Positions 55,076 to 64,000 of a stretch of DNA of 64,000 nt are shown piece after piece. A program made the translations under genes and the position numbers. Each line of letters begins with the position of its first letter. Position 1 is the first letter of the stretch. The stretch lies in contig OZ024741.1 of NCBI GenBank assembly GCA_964016885.1, positions 146,134,001 through 146,198,000 on the forward strand. Direction: 5' to 3'. The notes under the pieces are model-generated. The model had not been told where the DNA came from. It worked only from the letters and a program-made list of their open reading frames with translations, and ran no database searches. Source of the DNA: Eledone cirrhosa. Its lineage: Eukaryota.

Positions 55076-57228
55076 TTCTCTCTCTCAATAACAACAACAA
55101 TCTGTCATTAGTGGGAAAGTTTTTTTTTAGTCTGTGTTGTGTTTACATGTTGAAGGGCATACAGAAACAAACAAAGAATAACAACATAACTATATGTATT
55201 ATATATATACATGTAAGTGTGACAGACAGATGAAGAAACAGCTGTTCTTTTATGATATAGATTTGGATAATTAAAACACAAAGACAATATATTCTTGTTA
55301 GAAATATTGTCAGAAAAGGGTTAATACATGTCTCATTCCATATGTCAGTTTACATGAAATAAATATTTCCAGTGGGGCATCATTAGACATTACGCATTTG
55401 TTGTTGTAAACGGCAGCCTAATCTATTTAATGAATTAAAATCAGAGAATACATTAGAAATCTAATCCACATAAGTTAATGTCTACTTTCCTTCACACAGA
55501 CACTACTATGGCTGTTTGATTAAGAGGTTTGCTCCTTAACCACACTAAAATTAGTGTCTACGAGATGAGATTGATTGGAGATCCATACCATGCTCTTATG
55601 CTCTATGACTGGATGCTCTTTCTAATGTTAACCACTTTACAGAGTGTAGTTTTGTATGATACTAGCACTGCCACTTCACAGACTGTCCTGGGCTCATTTT
55701 ATTGTGGAACCAGCGCTAACACGTCACAGTGTACTGGAAGCATTTTCTCATGGCGCCAGCACTTTACAGGGTGTACTGGGTACATTTTATCATATCCACA
55801 TCATTATCACATCACAGAGTGTACTGGAAGCATTTTATCTTGGCACCACCAATATTACTCCACAAAGTGTACTAAAAGTATTTTATTATGGCACCAAAAC
55901 TACTGCTCTACAGGATGTACTGGATACATTTAATCATGAAACCAGCACTGCCACATTACAGATTATAAATAGATGTTTCAAGGTTTCATCTCACTGAGTG
56001 GCAATTTGGGCAAATATCTTTTATTATGTTTTATTAACCAATGCCGTGTGACATTTAGCAATTGTGGAAACTGAGTTGAAACCCATTACATGTTTGGGGC
56101 TTTTATAACACGCAACTGGTGGAAATGACTGTAAAAAGAAATCAAGAAAATGGAAGACCAAGAAAGACTTGACTGAATATGAAATAAAATCACCGAATTA
56201 AAATCTTCCAGCATTATTTCATGTGAGAACCATATGTCAATGTTCTTATTATAGTAATGAAATTGTTAATTATTCTAGGAAATCATTTAATGTTCTTCAT
56301 GAGTTAATTGAAATAAAGCATATTGGATTAGAAATATGGTAACAAAAGGGTTAATAATGAGAAGTTATTTCCTCATATGACTACGTTGCATAGAGAATAA
56401 TAAACAGTCAAAGAACTGGGGAGCAATATATTTACTGGAACCTCTTAAAGGCCTTGTCCCAGCATGACTGCAGTAAAATAAGGAAAATAAAAGAAAAGTA
56501 TATATATATATATATATATATTAGAAAGAGAGGTTTTTTTACAAAATGAAAAAAACGAGGTGTCCTACATGAGTGAAAGTATAAGGAAAAAAGATGAAAT
56601 CGAAAATGCTGCTGGAGTCTTTTTTTTTTAAATATATTTATTTGGTTCCTTTACCGGTTTCGCAGTTCTTGTGCTTTTCAAAAGTAGAATTGAGAGGGAG
56701 GGTTTGTCGTTTTTCTCGCATCTGGTTGGTGTTCGAATGTTACTTCTGTTTTATATGGAAAAAAGTGGCTCAGGAAGGCTTTTTTTGTAAATGTAATTTG
56801 ATTGGTTATAAATGAAGTTATGACTGTCACATTTTTTTGTAGCCATTTAGAGAATGTTGTGCCAAACAAAAGATAATGGTCAAGAAAAACGGAATGGGGA
56901 GAATTGTTCTGGTTCAGTGAGTATGGCTCATGTGCTGAGGTGTCAAAATTCAGACTTTCTATTGAAATAAAGAAAGTAGAGATATGTATGTTTATGTGTG
57001 TGCTGGTGTGTGTGTGAGTGTGTGTAGGAAGATGATTCCATTAGTAGAAATGGGGGAGGGAGTTGTGTGTGTGTATGGGTGTTATATGTGTGTGTGGGAG
57101 TATGTGTTAAGATGGAGAGAATATATATTTGTGTGTGTGTGCGTGCAAGAAAATGATTCCGTTAGTAAAAATGGGGGAGGGAGTTATGTGTGTGTGTGGG
57201 GGGGGGTTAGCATGTTAAGGTGTTAGAG

Positions 57229-57935
57229 CAAAGATTCTCAACGGGGGGCATGTGCACCCCGGGGGGCGTTTCGGAACTCCAGGGGGGCGTTTGGGAGCAA
57301 GGTCGCGTTAGGGGTGCGTTTGGAGCTGGGTAGGGGGGTGCTGGAAGGCTCTTTATTTTGGTAAGTTTTATAAGCTATATTTGTATGTCTTTGAGACAGC
57401 CAGTGTGAATGTATTTGAATGAGCTTGCAGACAGCATAACTATAGTCTGACCGCAGCTGTGAGCAGGTGTGCAGGCATGTCCGGTAATTGAGACGTTAAC
57501 CAGTAATTGAGATCCTAAAAATGGAAAAACCCACAGTCAACTGGGTCAAAGACACTTTGAGCGCAGCCAGTTAGAATCTTATCTTTCCTTCACCGATAAC
57601 AATGTATTTCATGTCTGAAATTATTGACTCAACCGTAACGAGTTAACACTATGTAGATCTATTTTATTCCCTAATGTATAAATAATATTACAAATAAAAA
57701 AAAGAAAAGAAAAAACAGTAGCGGATAGCACACACATCTAGGACCACATACAACACATAATCAGATAATACACACATCTTTGGAATATTGTTAATCAATT
57801 TTTTAGTAATCTACTGATATAAAAATCAGAAGTATATTGAAAAATGGAAAAATAGGGTGGATTGGTGTAGGGGGGGGGGTCGTGATTTCGAGGGGCAAAA
57901 GGGGGCGTTTGGCCTAAATGGGTTGAGAACCTGTG
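57229..57935. mobile_element. Non-autonomous hAT (Charlie-like) MITE, 707 bp
   Basis: Perfect 8-bp TSD tgttagag; imperfect TIR caaagattctcaac / cacaggttctcaac; subterminal ggggggcgtt repeats. Confidence 0.88.
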
Positions 57936-59120
57936 TGTTAGAGTATTAACATATGTTAAGCTTTATTTAGCTCTGGTTTTTATTTTCGAATATAGAAGGT
58001 GTTATGTGTGTATGTATGTGTCTGTTTGGATGGTTAGCATGTTATGGTGTTGATATAATGTATATTAAACTATATTTAATGTTGGTCTATATTTTTGAAT
58101 AAACATATATATATATAAACATATATATATATATAAACATATATATATATAAACATATATATATATATATTTGAAAATGGAAGTAAGGTTCTATACAACA
58201 CTGGTTGTAGAGAAAAGGTGAAATTGGAAATAGCACGGAAAATATATTTAAGGATCTGTTTTTCTTTTTTTCCTTTCTTAAATTCTTCAAAGTAACATCA
58301 TTGAAAAGATGCGAGGGACAATTTTTTTGAAAAAGAGTTTTATTATGTATATGAAGTATATAAAGTATAACCGGTTTTGATATATTTAAAAAATCCATCT
58401 TATCAAATGTTGAATATTACAATTAAAAAGAATTAATAAGAATTAGAGATTAACAATTAAAGATTTAAAATTAAGTGTTGAGGCAAGTTTTCTTCATCTT
58501 CCTTGCACAATCACACACACACACACATAACTGGGCATTGACTGGCCAACAGATTCACTGAATATCTTTGAAACATCCAGGTCAACAACCCATCTCTAGT
58601 CATCCAGCTCTGCCTACCATTTCACATACCACCTCACTCTCTTCACTCTAACACACACATAGAAACATACATCTGCACAAGTACACGCACATTCTCACTT
58701 AGCGTCATATATTGTTACATTGCTAAGATGATACAAGTTATGTTTATTTTCACTGCTAATATTTCCCAGTCTGGAGTTAGGTTGTGTTATATCGCACATG
58801 TCTCTATTTATATTTGATACATACACAAATAAACCATGCACATATACGATATTAATACTCCCAGGCACACATACACACCATCACGAACAATGTATACACT
58901 CCTCCAAAAACACATATGCACATACACACAAAGAAGAATTAACTACAGTAGTGCCCCAGTTTTTTATCCCCTTCTAATCTGTGAATCTTATCTTTGCATT
59001 TCCTCTATTTCTGATGAAGGACTAATGTCCAACATGTTGAACATTATTACTTTTAAGTGTGAAACTAATAAGACTATGTTTATTATACCATTATACCTCT
59101 GTGTTTTTATTTTTTAACTA

Positions 59121-59157
<37 letters not shown>

Positions 59158-59370
59158 GAGAGAGAAAGATGGGTACAATTACATACACATCTAGTTCTTG
59201 TAAGAATAAGTAAGAAATATTATTTGCCTGTTGAGTTAAAGAGTATAAATGGATATGAGCATATAAAGCCTTACAAAGGAGATGACAAAGGAAAGAAGCA
59301 AGGAGAGAGATATTGTATGAGAGACAAATTGTCCAACTCATGCAAGCATGAAAGAAACCATACATAATAT

Positions 59371-59408
<38 letters not shown>

Positions 59409-61329
59409 TTTCAAGTGACTATATTCCAGCTAGAAACAGTTTTTCTCTGTTCATATAGGATAGATATAAATGTTAATTCAGTTGTATCTCTAACTATTTA
59501 TTCATCGAAAATATGAGGCTATACAGGCTAACCAATAAACATTCAAAATTCTTCTTTTGTTAGAATTTGAAATAGTAACTTTTAGACTTATTAGTGTAAA
59601 AGAATAGTTCTTGGCTGGAATTCTGCCAATGAGGATAATATTAAATAACAAAAGACTAGAAACTAAAGAAGTGTGCTAAGGTAATTGATATATAGAATTT
59701 GATAAATCTAATTTATACAAGAATACCTTGTCTTCCACAAATATTTTGACTTGCTTTTATTGCTTTGTTTTCACAATATTTGTTTTGTTGTCACCTCTAA
59801 CCCCAGTCAGGAGACATATGTCACATGTTGACCAGGTGAAAAGATGAAAAACCCCAAATTATTAAATGTGACCTTGCCATTTACAATTTTCTCTTGTTAC
59901 TTCCTGTAGAAGCAATTCTTCTTTCAAAGTAATGTATTATTTCATGTCCTGATTACCCAGAGTGTGGCACAATGAATATTTTACTACAAAAGACACTTTC
60001 AAATATGATACAGATAAGATTCTTTTGTAAATCACTTGTTTTACATTTTTGAACTGAGAAGTAGCATTGATCTCCTTGAATTGTAGTGATTGTGTTTGAT
60101 TTATAGGAAGAACCCAGCTGAACCAAATAGAACATTCTGCCACTGATATTTTACTTGATCGGAGTAGCCATTTACCAAAACATTTTCTGATAGAGTTTAG
60201 ACTAAATTATTAAAAAAATTATAGAAAGCAGAATTCTCATTGGTGCTGTTTCCAACTAACTTTATTCAACAATACTTTTGCTTAACTACTATATCCAACT
60301 AACTATACTACAATTCAATAATACCGTCTGTTAGCTACCCTTTTTTGTGAACACTTAGCAGATCAAATTTGGGCAATTTGCACATAATTTATTTTCTAAA
60401 ATTAAAAAATAGAATATATCTGAGAAGATAAATATTTTAGAAGTTCTTTGTTATAAAGAATTGGGTAACTTCGAAAGTAAACGTTTTTAAGTAGTTTTCA
60501 TTAACACTGCAGTTAAAAGAAATGTCATGTATGCTGTTAACTTTTATTAGTGTGCAACATAAAAATTTCATTTATTGTTATATCAAGAAATTGAAATAAA
60601 ATTATTATCAAACAATTTTTAGACTATTTACACTTAACATAGTCAAGATTCTACACATAACTTCAAAATAACATGTAAACCATATACTGAAGATATGTGG
60701 CTTAGTGGTTAGTATGTTTGGCTATGAGAACTAATTGATGAGTACACGTACCAGTAAAGAGGCTGTTACATTAATCAAACAACTAGAACTTTCCTTATCA
60801 AAACCAACAGAGATCCAACAGGCACACGTAAACCACATACCATATTTGTTTCTGAAACACAAACCTCTAAGGTTTTATCTATAGTTCATTTCTGCTGAAA
60901 CTCACTTAAAAAAGTGTTGTCTTTACATATGTAGTTTCTTCTCTCCCTCTCACTTAAAGTAAATTAAATAGACTAAACAAACTAATTGTTCATTATGATT
61001 TTTAAATACCATTTAAACTGTTGTAGTACTTTGAGATTTAACTGTCATAAGTGGCAGTAATTAAAAATAGATATTTGAATATTAAGTTTTTATGCCAGCC
61101 TGGAAAGTGAATGTTAAATGGTGAAGATATCGATACCAATGCTCCAGAAACTACTTCTGATTCTATGATACAAAAATGCCTCTTCATATTTAAATTCAAA
61201 TTTCCATCATAATTTCATTTGATTATTTTCAAAATTAACTATAGTACGTAGGTAGTCTATTTCATTAGAAATATCATCAGAAATGCATTAAGACCAACTT
61301 CTGTAACCATGAAAAATAAAGCAAATTAT

Positions 61330-61665
61330 AATAATAATGTTTTCTGATTTAGGCACAAGGTCACCAATTTTGGGGAGTGGGGAAAGTCGATTAAGTCGAC
61401 TCCAGTGTGTGACTGGTACTTTATTTTATTGACCTTTTAAGGATGAAAGGCAAAAGTAACATTGGTAGGATTAGAACTCAGAAGGTAAAGGGCCGTAACT
61501 CTAAGTCCAGGAATTTGGTTGGAAAGAGGAAAGTAAATCATATCGACCCAGATACTTTACTGGTACTTTATTTTATTGACCCCTGCAGGATGAAAGGCAA
61601 AGTGAACCTTGGTGGGATTTGAACTCAGAATGTAGAAAATCACACCTTAATACACAAAGCATTCT
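61330..61665 (-). mobile_element. Two tandem older SINE family 1 relatives
   Basis: ggcacaagg...ctggtactttattttattgacc...gatgaaaggcaaa...gaactcagaa present twice. Confidence 0.75.
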
Positions 61666-62009
61666 CTGGTATTTACTTATAACTTTCAATATTAATTTGA
61701 TTAATTTTCATATTAGGCAAACAAATCAACCAATAAATAACTGTAAATCGTTTTCCAATGCCCTTCTGTTCTCCAACAATGTTGATTAATTTTAATCTGT
61801 CTACAATGCATTACTAACAATATTATGTGTATTATAGACACATTGTTTAGAATTTCAATTAAGATTGGTTTTCTATTGGTTATTTATATATTTTAATCAA
61901 AAACCAATCAACAAATAATGAGTGATTAAGTAGACAAAAAATAAGGAACTGGTTTACATTGAGATCACATATATCTCTGTAGAGAGAGGCACAACAATAC
62001 ATTTTAACT

Positions 62010-62168
62010 TGTGGCTGTGTGGTTAAGGAAATTGCTTTAAAAACCACAAGGTCCTGGATTTAGTTTCACTATGCAATACCTTGGGCTAGTGTCTTCTACA
62101 ATAAGCTCAGGTTGACCAATGTCTTATGAGTGGAAATTAGGAGGCAGAAATAGCAGAAGTCCATTGTA
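62010..62168 (+). mobile_element. tRNA-derived CORE-like SINE, family 3
   Basis: tgtggctgtgtggttaag head and accttgggctagtgtcttctac core. Confidence 0.6.
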
Positions 62169-63654
62169 TCTACCTATCTAGCTATCCGTCCATCTCTCTC
62201 TCTCTCTCTCTCTCTCCTACTGTCCATGTCTTCATTTACATTTGTGTTTGTGGGTCTGTTTATATTTTGGAAACTAGCTGTTTGACAAAAAGAGATAGAT
62301 AAAATAATTACTAATTTTTTTTAAATATTTACTTAAGTTGATACAGCTATCCAAAGCAAGGCACTGCCGCACCAGGGCCGCAGTCTAATGATGAAACCAG
62401 TAAGAGAATAAAAGAGTAATCAATAACAATGGAAATATATCAAATATTTTGTTATTCATCAGACAATTCTTTCATTGCTAAATCCAAAATATAATTTATT
62501 TTTTGTTTATTATATTCATTTGTTTTTCTGTTTTTACTTAATTCTCTATAACATTGAATATAAAACTATTCATGAATTTTTCTTCTTGAGAGATTTATTT
62601 CAATATTATTTCTTTGTTTGGCAATTGTTAGCAAAGTTGAACTGAGATATTTTTAATTTTAAGTCTTTAATATGAGGAAAACTAAACAGTTGTTAAATTA
62701 ATGGATTTAATATGTTGAATAAAATCTATTCTGTTGCTGTGTAACTGAGAGTTATTTGTGGGGGCTATTTGTGATTGTTCTCATAATTCAGAGAGGAATA
62801 TATGATACAATAGGATATGCTTGTTCTATGACATGGATAATAATGATTTCTAGCATTGGCATAAGGTTTCGAATTCACAGTGAAGGGAAGATAGCATATC
62901 GAATTTATATCCATACATACATATTATATATTGGAGACACCATAAGTATAAAATGCTCTTGTCGTAAACCTTTCATTACACTATTTCTACTGAAAGATAT
63001 TGCGTATATGTTGAAAATAGCTGATAATTTGGAAATATTTAGTAAAATAACTAACTTTTTCATTATTAACAAAAATACTTACATAAAATTTTAATGAAAG
63101 TTTTTTAGATGAATATAATTATTTCAAAATAAACAGTTTTGTATTGCAGAACCAGGGTAAGTTTCAGATGCTTTGGTATTGAAAGGGCTAATGTCCTAAT
63201 ATTTCTAAGCCTCGTGATAATGTGAGGTCAAAGCAAGACATGTGACATGTTCTATTAATTTTGCTTGTTTGTATTTTGAATTTTTTCTAGCATGATGGAC
63301 CAATGTTAGTTAAAGTCAATGAAATTAAATAAATGCTCTATTTAACAATACAGCTTCTTTAGTTTGTTACTACTGATAACATATATACATACATGCATAC
63401 ACAGATCCACACATACATACACACACAAACACACAGATACAGTCACATATGTACATATCTCAGAACTAAAAATGATGCATGTCTGTACAGACACTCCAAA
63501 TCTATAAAGCATAGGGTGCTTTGTCTGGTTATTTATATTCAGATACTTCTTCTTTGCCCTGTTATTCCTGTAACATTTGTCCAACGATTCTTTCCTGAGA
63601 CATTCTATCCCCATGCCTTTAGTATTGGAGCTGTGATCTCTCAATTTAGAGAAG

Positions 63655-64000
63655 TAGCAGCTCTACCTGGATTGACTCTCTGAGCTACGCATTCTATCGA
63701 GTAACATTACTTCAAAGACCCTTCACAGGAATCCCATTTCAGCCCCTTGTATTGACAGTCGTACTCTTTCAGTCATTGCCCAAGATTTATGACCATAGGT
63801 AAGGGTGGGAACAAATACTGAATTGAAGATAGCAAGTTTGGCTTTTACACTTATTTCCCTTCTTCTGGTTACTGAATGCTGAAGCTGACACATGTTTGCA
63901 CTTAATTCAGCTGCCTGTCTTTCATGACTCTTGAAGACAGCTTCGAGATACTTGAACTTTTCTACCTGCTTCAGTGAACTCCATTCATATGTAGAGTGCA
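63655..64000 (-). mobile_element. RTE family B fragment, runs off the window
   Basis: Homologous to 14560-14835 (agcaagtttggcttttacac...aatgctgaagctg; EKFKYL). Confidence 0.7.

Noticed and set aside
55620-55960. Regularly spaced short repeats resembling a CRISPR array
   Set aside because: Degenerate tandem units of an RTE-derived repeat; no unique spacers or cas genes, and the context is eukaryotic.

Overview
AT-rich, microsatellite-dense animal genomic DNA. The repeat content (tRNA-derived SINEs, RTE LINEs, long (TA)n/(GA)n tracts) suggests an octopod cephalopod, which is an inference. No intact host gene is supportable; nearly all short ORFs are microsatellite or transposon debris. Recognisable elements: a near full-length degenerate RTE LINE (42.1-45.7 kb) with a PHD-like finger inserted in its RT, many RTE fragments and bipartite derivatives, a Buster/Charlie-type hAT with TIRs and TSD (50.8-54.0 kb), a DD37D (maT) Tc1/mariner, hAT and TTAA-type MITEs, and two kinds of Penelope-like element (PLE) remnant. 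The main signal not explained by the ORF track is a dense set of minimal type I hammerhead ribozymes (six distinct loci with complete cores, three of them mirrored, plus degenerate ones). They sit in mostly non-coding, (TA)n-anchored fold-back elements with a shared layout: (TA)n, truncated inverted copy, forward copy with ribozyme, unique tail, (TA)n. This looks like a diverse population of PLE-mobilised, retrozyme-like RNAs, piled up and nested in a hotspot at about 30-49 kb. All folds and alignments were done by eye.
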